Assembly (NCBI GenBank): GCA_036488895.1
Contig: DASXGT010000235.1
Location: 7,205-71,204, forward strand
Source of the DNA: Bryobacteraceae bacterium
GTDB lineage: Bacteria; Acidobacteriota; Terriglobia; Bryobacterales; Bryobacteraceae
Direction: 5' to 3'
Length of the DNA stretch: 64,000 nt
This document shows, piece after piece, positions 28,837 to 37,458 of this stretch (positions are counted from its first letter, which is position 1; each line of letters begins with the position of its first letter). Below the pieces are notes generated by a model that saw only the letters and a program-made list of their open reading frames with translations, was not told the origin of the DNA and ran no database searches. Position numbers and translations under genes: made by a program.

Positions 28837-28838
28837 TT

Positions 28839-30320
28839 CTATTGCACGAGCGCAACCTGCCGCACTGAAAACGTAGGCGTCCCGATGAGGTTCATGGTGA
28901 TACCGGAACTGCCTCCCAGGCTAAGCGCGTCTACAATAATTTCACCCTGCACTTTCGTGGCGCCGCCCGAGTTCCCCGAGAGTGTCAGGGATTGATAAGT
29001 GCCGTCGCTGTTGATACCGGCTACCGTGTGAGTCAGATAAATCGTGCCCGTGAGGCTTAAGCCCCCGCCGCCCGAAAAACTGTGGCTGAGACTGGTCGCC
29101 GTGGCGCGGTTCTGGAAAAAGAGTATACCGTCATAGGAACTATTTTGCGGGCTGCCGACCAGGCAGTTGCCGCCATTGGGGCAGTTGAAATTGGTGGACG
29201 CACTTTTTCCGGAATTGCTGGCAATGGAGAGAATGCCGTTCCCGTTGTTGTAGATCAGCATTCCAAGGGTCCAGTTGGTGATCCCGGTCGGGTCGGTATT
29301 GTCAGGCGCTTGGGTGGCCATGCGCGCCGTGGAGTTCGCGTCAAGGACGAACCCTTTACTGTCAATCCAGTAAATACCCGGACGGAATACGGCAAAATCG
29401 TTCTTTACCTGAATCCCGTTCTGCCAATAGCCCGGAGAGTAGACGGTGCACGCGGCCGGGCACCCATGCGCCTGTTCGGTTGCGGTCGTGGTGTAACTCA
29501 CTGAGGCGCCGTTGACGGCCGGCTTCGAGGGGGCAACCACGTTGATCAGCGGGTCGGCGATGGGCGATGCCGGGTCCACATATGCTCCTGGCTTGGTTCC
29601 CCACAAGACATTGGCGTGACTCGGGAGAGCCTGCACGCCCGAATTGGCCAAATCGGCGCCCGTACCGGTCGTGCAATTCCCTGAATCCAGCGGCCCGGCG
29701 TGTGAAAGATCGATGGTTCCTGAATTTCCAGAGATGCTGATGCTGCTGGTCGAGGTGGAGTTCACCTGAATCGCCCTTGCCGGTCCGCCGCAAATCGTGA
29801 CAGTATTCGACCCGTTTTTCGAGAAGGAGCCCGATAGCGTAGGATGCAGCACATCAATCGGCAGCGGCGACGGGGTCAGCGAGATCGCGGCTATTGCAGT
29901 GGCGCTCACGGTGGCCGAGTTCCTCCCCAGAACGCGCATGAACATCGTATTCACGGTCCTCTGCACCACCACCCGAATCAGATTCCCCGTATTACCGGGC
30001 AAAGTGATGTGGCCGTTGCACGAGGGAAGTGAGCTGCACGAAGGATAGTCGACCGTTACCTCCGAAGCGATGAACCCGTTCAGTACGGCATAGGACACGG
30101 CGCTCGACGAGGCAGTGGTTGTTCCGTTTCCGTTATACAGGTCCATCACGCCGGCCTGCGCGGCCGCATCCGCCGCGGCTTGCGCGCGTTGTTTCGTCAC
30201 ATACATTTGGCCGGCATCCACCGCCAGCCCGGTCATACCGATTACCACCACCAGGGCAAAGGTCACCAGCACTATGGCGGATCCCTCTTCCCCTTTGCGC
30301 TTTTTCGCCCGGTGTCTCAT
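28839..30320 (-). CDS. TadG-like pilus assembly protein / large pseudopilin
   Basis: 493 aa. N-terminus GSAIVLVTFALVVVIGMTGLAVDAGQMYVTKQRAQAAADAAAQAG is the TadE/G-like signature, followed by a Gly/Ser/Thr/Asn-rich repetitive body. Confidence 0.75.
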   Translation of the reverse strand: MRHRAKKRKGEEGSAIVLVTFALVVVIGMTGLAVDAGQMYVTKQRAQAAADAAAQAGVMDLYNGNGTTTASSSAVSYAVLNGFIASEVTVDYPSCSSLPSCNGHITLPGNTGNLIRVVVQRTVNTMFMRVLGRNSATVSATAIAAISLTPSPLPIDVLHPTLSGSFSKNGSNTVTICGGPARAIQVNSTSTSSISISGNSGTIDLSHAGPLDSGNCTTGTGADLANSGVQALPSHANVLWGTKPGAYVDPASPIADPLINVVAPSKPAVNGASVSYTTTATEQAHGCPAACTVYSPGYWQNGIQVKNDFAVFRPGIYWIDSKGFVLDANSTARMATQAPDNTDPTGITNWTLGMLIYNNGNGILSIASNSGKSASTNFNCPNGGNCLVGSPQNSSYDGILFFQNRATATSLSHSFSGGGGLSLTGTIYLTHTVAGINSDGTYQSLTLSGNSGGATKVQGEIIVDALSLGGSSGITMNLIGTPTFSVRQVALVQ

Positions 30321-30330
30321 ATTCCCCGCC

Positions 30331-30771
30331 TCAATAACAGATCGTGCCTTGCGTTGTGCTGCTCAGCGTGACCGCCAGCGGCAGAAACCACACCAGCGTG
30401 GGGGTGTAAGGATATCTCACCGTCACCGTCACGACGGAACCGACCGTATTGCTGCCGTTTGGATACGTCACGATCGGCGTCAGAATGCTGCCCGTCGTGA
30501 GTCCTGCCGCGCTCGTGATGTTCGTTACCACCGTGACCACCTGCGCCGGATCATTCCCCGCACCGCTCGGCCCGTTCACTCCTGTGCCCGTGCGAAGGGC
30601 CCCGTGTACCACCGCGTAGCGCGCGCCTGCCCGCGCTGCCTGGGCGATCGTCACATACGTTAGAATCAGCCTGCCGACCTCGATCACGCCGAATAGCACG
30701 GTCAGCAAAACCGTAGCGACCGCCGCCATCTCGACCACACTGGCGCCGCGCTCACTTCGAAGCCTCTTCAT
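30331..30771 (-). CDS. TadE-like pseudopilin
   Basis: 146 aa. N-terminus ERGASVVEMAAVATVLLTVLFGVIEVG is the TadE-like motif. Confidence 0.8.
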   Translation of the reverse strand: MKRLRSERGASVVEMAAVATVLLTVLFGVIEVGRLILTYVTIAQAARAGARYAVVHGALRTGTGVNGPSGAGNDPAQVVTVVTNITSAAGLTTGSILTPIVTYPNGSNTVGSVVTVTVRYPYTPTLVWFLPLAVTLSSTTQGTICY

Positions 30772-31265
30772 TGCATGCTCCTCATCACCACCTGCCGGTG
30801 AATCACGGTAGGAGGCAGAGTCAGGTAAATGCCCAGCGTGGGTATATTAAAGCCGGAAAATAGCGGCTGATAAGTATACGCCACATCCGCGGAATAGATC
30901 GTGAACTGGTGGTTAGGCTCGGGATCGGGCGGGGGCGAATACGGTCCCGTGCTGCAAACGGGATTGCACACCTCTAGCGTGGGATTGGTGCCCGCACTGT
31001 AGCCCGGGAGCGACGAGACGTCGTTGTTAACCAGCGCCTGTATTTGCGAAAACGTAGCCTTAGCCGGGAAGTCGACCGCGACTCCGTTATAGATGGCATA
31101 TTCCACGGCTGCGCGGGCGGCGTTGTTCACCGTGACCCAGCCATAAATGTAGAGTCCGAAATTCACCGTGCTTAGCAACAGCAGCAGCAGCAGCGGAAGG
31201 GTTAGCGCAGTCTCAACCAGGGCGACGCCGCTCTCCAGGCCGTGATATTTCGCGATACTGTTCAT
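30768..31265 (-). CDS. TadE-like pseudopilin
   Basis: 165 aa. N-terminus GVALVETALTLPLLLLLLLSTVNFG is TadE-like. There is a 4-nt overlap with the next tadE-like gene. Confidence 0.75.
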   Translation of the reverse strand: MNSIAKYHGLESGVALVETALTLPLLLLLLLSTVNFGLYIYGWVTVNNAARAAVEYAIYNGVAVDFPAKATFSQIQALVNNDVSSLPGYSAGTNPTLEVCNPVCSTGPYSPPPDPEPNHQFTIYSADVAYTYQPLFSGFNIPTLGIYLTLPPTVIHRQVVMRSMQ

Positions 31266-31300
31266 TTACCCCGCTCCCATCTTCCTGGCAACTGGCTGCC

Positions 31301-31702
31301 TTACACGGCCGGGTTGGTTTGGTTCAAATACGTCTCCATCTGCTCCGGCAAGCAGATCAGTAACTCGTCGCCCACCCGGGTATGCGACGCGTAAATCGTA
31401 TGCGGAGGCAGCTCCAGAACACTTGTGCTCTTCCAACAGATCGGTCCAAGCCGGAGCGAGCCCAAATGTTCTACCAGGTGAACCACCCGATGCTCTGCAT
31501 CCAGATACACCAGGTCAATCGGAATCAGCATGCCAATGGTGTGAATGCCTCGCGAAGGAACCACCCATAGCCCTTCGTCGGAGCTCATGCTGAACTTTCC
31601 GAGCAAACCCTTCAGGCGCGCCCATGTGGTATCGGCGCAACTGATGTTCAGTCCAAGAAACGATTCGGCCGTTTTGTTGAAGACGCAGTAAGTAGGTTTC
31701 AT
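31301..31702 (-). CDS. DUF192 domain protein (copy A)
   Basis: 133 aa. The core RLKGLLG...GLWVVPSRGIHTIGMLIPIDLVYLD...VLELP follows the DUF192 (COG1430) pattern as I recall it. Paralogous to 43182-43574. Confidence 0.7.
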   Translation of the reverse strand: MKPTYCVFNKTAESFLGLNISCADTTWARLKGLLGKFSMSSDEGLWVVPSRGIHTIGMLIPIDLVYLDAEHRVVHLVEHLGSLRLGPICWKSTSVLELPPHTIYASHTRVGDELLICLPEQMETYLNQTNPAV

Positions 31703-31760
31703 TCTCCTGGCAGGCCGGACACCCCCGCGTCACGGCCTGTCGATTCCTCTCCACGGTTAT

Positions 31761-31856
31761 TTAGCGCACGCGGTTGCGGCGGCGCTGTACTAATATGACG
31801 AGCAGGATCACAAAGATGACCCCTGCCACAATTTGAACGACAGTTCCGTTATCCAT
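31761..31856 (-). CDS. Candidate 31-aa single-pass membrane micro-protein
   Basis: MDNGTVVQIVAGVIFVILLVILVQRRRNRVR. AGGAG lies 7 nt upstream of the ATG. It sits in the 185-bp gap between tadC and DUF192 on the same strand and is not in the supplied ORF track (under 60 aa). Confidence 0.35.
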   Translation of the reverse strand: MDNGTVVQIVAGVIFVILLVILVQRRRNRVR

Positions 31857-31887
31857 TTTTAGTCTCCTTTCACCTAAAGCGTTTCGC

Positions 31888-32790
31888 TCACTTCTTAAAC
31901 ATTTCCGATATCTGGATCGCAGCCGATCCGACCGTCACCACGAATATCGAGGGGAAGATAAATAGCACCAGCGGGAACACGAGTTTCACCGAAGTTTTGG
32001 CCGCCATCTCTTCCAGGCGTTGTTTTCGCTGCGTGCGCAAAGTATCGGAGTGGATGCGCAGCGTTTTTGAAACACCGGTGCCGAACTGATCGGCCTGAAT
32101 CAAAATCGAAACCAGCATGCGGATGGGAGCGCAATCGGTGCGCTGCGCCAGAGCCCTCCAGGCGTCCACCCGGGCCTTGCCGGCGCGCACCTCCAGCATC
32201 ACAAGGCCAAGCTCATCGGCTATGACGGGATGGGTGAAGCGTAGCTCGTCGCCGGCGCGCAACACTGCATTATCCAGGCTCAATCCCGCCTCAAGACACA
32301 CCACCAGCAGATCGAGCGTATCGGGCAGACCCATCCGGAGATCGATCTCTCTGGCATTGATGCGGTGGCCCAGCCAGTAATCGGGAGCCAGGTAGCCCAT
32401 CACCAGCGCCAGCAAAAAGATGATGAATGGACTTCGATGATAGACCCCGGTGACGACTGCGGCCGTGCACAACAGAACTGGCACGACTGCTTTAGAAGCG
32501 TAAAAAAAATTGAGATGATTCTCTTCGCGATAGCCTGCCAGGATCAGCCGCTTTTGAACGACGCTCGCTTCCTTTTCGCTCTTTGGCACCACCTTTCGAA
32601 TGGATCCGGCGAACAGGCCCAGCGACCCGGCCGCCTGTCGGAGTTTCGAGAAAACCGGCAAACCGGAATCGCCGCGCGACCCCAGAACGGCCGCCAGCCG
32701 CTGGCCCAACATTTCCCGGTAGAACACCAGCAATAGGCCGCTGGCAACCAGCAGAAAAAAAATCACGAATGCAAATATCGCGTATCCCAT
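31888..32790 (-). CDS. tadC: Tad pilus inner-membrane platform protein TadC (T2SS F family)
   Basis: 300 aa polytopic protein with a GspF-like domain. Position is after tadB. Confidence 0.85.
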   Translation of the reverse strand: MGYAIFAFVIFFLLVASGLLLVFYREMLGQRLAAVLGSRGDSGLPVFSKLRQAAGSLGLFAGSIRKVVPKSEKEASVVQKRLILAGYREENHLNFFYASKAVVPVLLCTAAVVTGVYHRSPFIIFLLALVMGYLAPDYWLGHRINAREIDLRMGLPDTLDLLVVCLEAGLSLDNAVLRAGDELRFTHPVIADELGLVMLEVRAGKARVDAWRALAQRTDCAPIRMLVSILIQADQFGTGVSKTLRIHSDTLRTQRKQRLEEMAAKTSVKLVFPLVLFIFPSIFVVTVGSAAIQISEMFKK

Positions 32791-32799
32791 AAGTGCGCC

Positions 32800-33762
32800 T
32801 CAAACCCGAATGTTGACGATTTTGCGGATCAGCAGCAGTCCGATCACGTTCATCGTACTCACCACGGCGACCATCTTGTGGCCCAGCGGATGGTGGAAGA
32901 GAATTCGCATATACCCTGGGTTTTCTATATAAATCAGAGTTCCCAGCACCACCGGCAGCAGCGACAGAATCCACCCCGTCAGGCGGCCTTGCGCTGTGTG
33001 TACCCGAATCTGCTGCTGGATGCGGAAGCGGTCGCGAATCACGTGAGCGGTTTTTTCCAGCACCTCCGCCAGGTTTCCGCCGCTTTCTTTGTTGATCAGC
33101 ATCGCGGTCGTGATCATTCGCACGTCCTGCAGCGGAACGCGCTCGATCAGGTTTTCCATGGCCGTACGCAGATCGATGCCGAAGTTCTGCTCCTCAAAGC
33201 AAATGCGAAATTCGCGGCCAATCGGCTCCGGCGCTTCCTTGGCGGCCATCCCCAAGGCGCCCGACATGCTGTGGCCGGCCCGCAGCGCGGCGACCATCAT
33301 ATCCAGCACGTCGGGCAATTTCTCCTGAAACTGCCGGAAGCGCCGGTTGCGCTTCTGCAAGACGTAAACGTACGGCGCGGCTCCGGCCGCCAAACCAAGC
33401 AGCAGAGATAACACCCAGAGATCGATCTGCCGGTAGATCAGGTAAGCCGAGATAACCCAAACAGCCGCGCAGGTCAGCATAAGCCGCCCCGGAGTCCATT
33501 TCACATCGGCTTGATCCAGCAGGAGCCTCAGTTTCGTCGCCGCCTTGATTTTGGCCAGTAGATTGTTCAGCCACGGAATCGAACTCAAAAGACGGCTCTT
33601 CTGCACATCCGCGATTTCTTCATCCGGGGCCCGAAACGTTTTCAGTACCGATTGGAGGGTCGCTTGGGTCTGCTTGGATGCTTTCGGCCCGTTCACCGCC
33701 ATCGCCAGCAGTATGACCAGCGCAAGCGTGGCTAGAACGATAACCAAAATGACGGGTAGCAT
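32800..33762 (-). CDS. tadB: Tad pilus inner-membrane platform protein TadB (T2SS F family)
   Basis: 320 aa with a GspF-like domain. It starts 1 nt after the cpaF stop. Confidence 0.85.
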   Translation of the reverse strand: MLPVILVIVLATLALVILLAMAVNGPKASKQTQATLQSVLKTFRAPDEEIADVQKSRLLSSIPWLNNLLAKIKAATKLRLLLDQADVKWTPGRLMLTCAAVWVISAYLIYRQIDLWVLSLLLGLAAGAAPYVYVLQKRNRRFRQFQEKLPDVLDMMVAALRAGHSMSGALGMAAKEAPEPIGREFRICFEEQNFGIDLRTAMENLIERVPLQDVRMITTAMLINKESGGNLAEVLEKTAHVIRDRFRIQQQIRVHTAQGRLTGWILSLLPVVLGTLIYIENPGYMRILFHHPLGHKMVAVVSTMNVIGLLLIRKIVNIRV

Positions 33763-33763
33763 C

Positions 33764-35044
33764 TTAATTCACTTCCATCACGTGATCGAAAAGATCGCTG
33801 CGCAGCTGAATCCCCGAGACGTGCAATTGTTCGAGGAAACGCGGGCGTATACGGCTGGGTTGAAAAACGCCCACTACTTTCCCCTGCGGGTTGATTCCCT
33901 TTTTCTGAAACGTGAAAATCTCGTGCATGTTGATCACGTTTTCATCCAGCCCGGTAATCTCGGAAATATTCACCACCTTGCGTGTGCCGTCGCTCATGCG
34001 CGAGACTTGCACCACGATCGTAATGGCCGAGGCGATTTGCAGCCGCACCGTCTTTTCCGGGAAATTTAAATTAGTCATCGCCACCATGGATTCGAGCCGC
34101 GACAGCGCGTCCCGTGGCGTATTGGCGTGAACGGTACACATCGATCCTTCGTGCCCCGTGTTCATGGCCTGCAGCATGTCGAAAGCTTCTTCGCCGCGCA
34201 CCTCACCGATGATGATGCGATCGGGGCGCATACGCAGGCTGTTGATCAGTAGTTGTCTTTGCCGCACCGCTCCCTGGCCTTCCACGTTCGCCAAACGCGT
34301 CTCCATGCGTACCAGGTTTTGATGATGCAACTGCAACTCGGCTGCGTCTTCAATCGTAATCACCCGTTCGCCCTCCGGAATGAAGCGCGACAGCATATTC
34401 AACAGCGTGGTTTTTCCAGCGCCGGTTCCTCCCGAAATTAAAATAGAGATGCGCGCTTTTACCGCCGCCGCCAGCAGTTCCAGCATCTCGGGGGAAAGGC
34501 TCTTGAAATCCAGCAGCGCCTCCGGCTCCAACGGACCTCTTCCGAAACGGCGGATCGAGAGTGCCGGCCCATCCAGCGTCAGCGGAGGAATGATTGCATT
34601 TACGCGCGAGCCGTCCGCCAGCCGCGCGTCCACCATGGGAGTGGATTCGTCGATCCGGCGTCCCACCGCGGATACGATGCGATCGATGATCTGCAGCAAA
34701 TGCCGGTCATCGCGAAATGAAATATTCAGTTTCTCGAGCAAGCCGCCCCGTTCGACAAACACTTCATCCTTGTTGTTCACCAGAATGTCGGATATCTCCG
34801 GATCGCGCAGCAGCGGCTCCAGCGGCCCCAACCCGAATACTTCGTCGAGCAGATCATTTTGCAGCCTCTCCTTCTCCGTGGCATTGAACGGCACCTTGTT
34901 GCCCGCGATGATCTCCTGAATCACGCTTGATACGGCTTGCCTCGCTCGATCGCCGTTGACCCGCGCGAGCTTCTCCAGGTCGAGCCGCGAGACTAGCGTG
35001 CGGTGCACATCGGCTTTGGCGTTTTCAAAATTCAAAATTTCCAT
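33764..35044 (-). CDS. cpaF: Tad pilus secretion ATPase CpaF/TadA
   Basis: 426 aa with Walker [13 protein letters not shown], Asp box/Walker [27 protein letters not shown] and His box. Confidence 0.95.
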   Translation of the reverse strand: MEILNFENAKADVHRTLVSRLDLEKLARVNGDRARQAVSSVIQEIIAGNKVPFNATEKERLQNDLLDEVFGLGPLEPLLRDPEISDILVNNKDEVFVERGGLLEKLNISFRDDRHLLQIIDRIVSAVGRRIDESTPMVDARLADGSRVNAIIPPLTLDGPALSIRRFGRGPLEPEALLDFKSLSPEMLELLAAAVKARISILISGGTGAGKTTLLNMLSRFIPEGERVITIEDAAELQLHHQNLVRMETRLANVEGQGAVRQRQLLINSLRMRPDRIIIGEVRGEEAFDMLQAMNTGHEGSMCTVHANTPRDALSRLESMVAMTNLNFPEKTVRLQIASAITIVVQVSRMSDGTRKVVNISEITGLDENVINMHEIFTFQKKGINPQGKVVGVFQPSRIRPRFLEQLHVSGIQLRSDLFDHVMEVN

Positions 35045-35140
35045 AAGTTCGTTGACCTGATTGTGGCGCGCTCGTCAGCGTGCTGTCGTGGGCTTCAGCT
35101 CACGATGTTGCTGGAGCATATGACATGGGATGGCAGCTCA

Positions 35141-36397
35141 CTAGAACAGTCCGAATCTCCTCTTTTTGCTTTCCTGCACTTGCCCGGTCGCCGCCTTGGC
35201 CATGCCCGTAAGCGCGCGCGTAATAGGACCGTCTTTCATCGCCAGCGCCGTTGCCGCGTTCTGCGCCTGCCGCGCGGCCTGATAATCGCTGGGTATCCTC
35301 CAATTCGGCGAAATCGTCAATGCTCTGCGGATGCTCTCCTCGTCAATTTCTCCCGCGCGCGGCGCGTACCGGTTCAGCACCACTTCCAGCTTGCGAGCGG
35401 TTTCTCCCTTGAAGTTCGCCGCAATGAAGCGATGCGAGTTGCGCAGCTCCACCACGCTCACCTGGGTGACCAGGTACACCTTTTCAGCCGCCTCGAACAG
35501 GCTCGGCCCATATCCGTTGTAGTGAGTGCCGGCATCCACCACGACATAAGCAAAATCGTCGCGCAGGATGCTGACCACTTTCATCACGCCCGTCGCCGTA
35601 GGTTGGAACGTATTGTGTTCATCGGGAGCGGCCAGCACCTGCAGCCCGGAGCTGTGGCGCACCAGGAGTTTCGCCAGCAGATCCGAATCCAGCCGGCCCT
35701 CGTTTTCGAGCGCATCGAGCGTAGAAAATTCACTCGCCAACCCAAGGTTGAGCGCTGCATCGCCGACCTGCAGGTCGAGATCGAGCAGGACGACACTCTG
35801 GCCGCTCTCTTTCGCCAGGGCCACCGCGAAATTGGAAGCCACCGTCGTCACGCCCGAGCCGCCCTTCGCTCCTACAAACACCAGGCACTTCCCGCCCGTC
35901 TTCTTTTGCCGCTTCAGTTCCTCGCGGCGAACCGAGGCGCGCACCAGAGCTTCGGTCACCGAGCTGGGCGTAAGAGGATCACTCAAAAACTCGCGCGCGC
36001 CCGCCTGCATGCACCGCACCAGCAAGTCCCGGTCGGCGTTATGCGAATACGCCATTACCGTGATTTCGCTGGAGAGGCTGCGGGCCGCTTCCACCAGATC
36101 CAAGCCGCGCTCGGCATCCTGTTCCAAATCGATGATCAGCACGTCGCACTCCCCTTCGAGCAACCGCGGCAGCGCATCCAGGCTGGGTAATCCCGCTTCT
36201 TTGACAACGTGCGCCTGCGTTTCGGCGAGTGCCGTCGCCAGTGCCCGCCGGTCTTCGCTTGCGCCCAGCAGCACCACGGATAAAGCACTCATTCGCACCG
36301 ATTCCGGATTGCGCGTGGTCGTTATAATCTGTTTCTTGCTTTCCGGTCTGTCGCTCACTGTGTATCCCACTCCTAATGCCTGCCGAGAAATGAGCAA
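35141..36397 (-). CDS. cpaE: CpaE/TadZ: receiver-like domain fused to MinD/ParA-type ATPase
   Basis: Receiver-like N-domain (VLIIDLEQD...) plus deviant Walker A GAKGGSGVTTVASN. The ORF-track start 36397 overlaps tadV by 25 nt. The internal ATG at 36292 (MSALSVVLLG) is an equally plausible start. Confidence 0.85.
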   Translation of the reverse strand: MLISRQALGVGYTVSDRPESKKQIITTTRNPESVRMSALSVVLLGASEDRRALATALAETQAHVVKEAGLPSLDALPRLLEGECDVLIIDLEQDAERGLDLVEAARSLSSEITVMAYSHNADRDLLVRCMQAGAREFLSDPLTPSSVTEALVRASVRREELKRQKKTGGKCLVFVGAKGGSGVTTVASNFAVALAKESGQSVVLLDLDLQVGDAALNLGLASEFSTLDALENEGRLDSDLLAKLLVRHSSGLQVLAAPDEHNTFQPTATGVMKVVSILRDDFAYVVVDAGTHYNGYGPSLFEAAEKVYLVTQVSVVELRNSHRFIAANFKGETARKLEVVLNRYAPRAGEIDEESIRRALTISPNWRIPSDYQAARQAQNAATALAMKDGPITRALTGMAKAATGQVQESKKRRFGLF

Positions 36398-36900
36398 ATC
36401 GTTCCAATCGCAATCGCCGGCGCATAGGGCATCTTGCGCGCTAACGGGTTGTCGAGCACCAGCGTGCTATGCGGACGCAGTCCGCGCTTGCGAAATCCGG
36501 ACAGCAGCGCGCCCATCCCACGCAGTGTTTGCTTCAGAAAGCCCCCTGCCGCCGCCCAGCCAAGCGCCATCACACCCCCCGCCAGCCCCATGACCATCAG
36601 CGCAAGAAACAACTGCGAGGGTCCAATCCACGCGCCGATCGCCGCGCAGAGTTTCAAATCACCCATGCCCATCCCGCCCAGATAGCAAAAAATGCCCAGG
36701 AATATCGCCGCCAGGAGGATCCCCAGCAGGCTTTGGCCTACGCCGCTCCATCCGTGAGCCATTCCCGAAACCAGCACTCCCAAAACCAGAAACGGCAATA
36801 CCAGCCAGTTCGGTATGCGCCGGCTGCGCAGATCGGTAATCGTGGCCATAATCACCACCGCCACGGTCGGCCACAGGGCAATCGAATTTATGCTTGGCAC
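36373..36900 (-). CDS. cpaA: Prepilin peptidase CpaA/TadV (A24 family)
   Basis: 175 aa polytopic protein. Both catalytic Asp contexts are present (ITDLRSRRIPN and GGMGMGDLKL). GTG start. Confidence 0.85.
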   Translation of the reverse strand: MPSINSIALWPTVAVVIMATITDLRSRRIPNWLVLPFLVLGVLVSGMAHGWSGVGQSLLGILLAAIFLGIFCYLGGMGMGDLKLCAAIGAWIGPSQLFLALMVMGLAGGVMALGWAAAGGFLKQTLRGMGALLSGFRKRGLRPHSTLVLDNPLARKMPYAPAIAIGTICSFLGRH

Positions 36901-36944
36901 GAGACTGTGAGTTGCAATTCAGATCCCAAGGACTGCGATTTTTA

Positions 36945-36958
36945 GAATCAGCGACTTA
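36945..36958 (-). promoter_or_regulatory. Shared 14-mer TAAGTCGCTGATTC upstream of tadV (read on minus strand)
   Basis: Exact reverse complement of 37341-37354. It ends 44 nt before the tadV GTG. Confidence 0.4.
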
Positions 36959-37063
36959 GTGCGAAGCGTGACAGTTAAGTGTCAACCAGCGGTTACAACT
37001 GCAAGGCGCCTGTTGCGCCGCGTTTACAAAGAAGACCTTGTGGCGTAGGTTGCCCAAACCTGC

Positions 37064-37083
37064 GGCCGATTATTCAATCGGCC
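37064..37083. repeat. Palindrome P1 GGCCGATT-ATTC-AATCGGCC
   Basis: Perfect 8-bp arms. The flanks (TGC...CT) are shared with P2. Confidence 0.6.
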
Positions 37084-37223
37084 TGTTCCCGAGCAATTCT
37101 CCATCACATTACACTCTCTCGCTTCGTTCCGCGCAGGCCTTCCTCGCAATGGACCGCCTCCCTGATAACGCAGTCGCCGGCCCGGCGGGCTGAAACCTTT
37201 GTACGGCACATTGGAAATCTTGC

Positions 37224-37242
37224 GGCCGGTTGTCAACCGGCC
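37224..37242. repeat. Palindrome P2 GGCCGGTTG-T-CAACCGGCC
   Basis: Perfect 19-bp palindrome with the same GGCCGRTT...AAYCGGCC arms as P1. Confidence 0.6.
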
Positions 37243-37340
37243 TTCTGATGCACTTCCTCACTCCAAACGTAAACGCCTTACCACTCTTATCTCCCGATGT
37301 GTGTACGGCTGTTCACACCGCGCCAATTACCTTGCCTCCT

Positions 37341-37354
37341 TAAGTCGCTGATTC
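37341..37354 (+). promoter_or_regulatory. Shared 14-mer TAAGTCGCTGATTC upstream of flp
   Basis: Exact inverted copy of 36945-36958. It ends 104 nt before the flp ATG. Confidence 0.4.
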
Positions 37355-37458
37355 GCAATAGAAAACAGATGTGGCCATTCCCGGTCTCCGAATTGCCTTT
37401 TCTTAGGCGTGGCTCGTTGAACACGGGAACACGAATTCACTTAGGAGAATATTTCAAA

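Noticed and set aside
31179-31193. (CAG)5 trinucleotide repeat
   Set aside because: It encodes the poly-Leu core of the TadE-like transmembrane helix (CTG on the coding strand). It is in-frame, so at most it gives length variation and is not a regulatory microsatellite.
35003-36593. Long plus-strand ORFs (395 aa and 341 aa) antisense to cpaE/tadZ
   Set aside because: They are Arg/Ala/Ser/Pro-rich, low-complexity translations typical of shadow ORFs in high-GC DNA. The opposite strand encodes a motif-bearing CpaE (deviant Walker A). They have no motif of their own.
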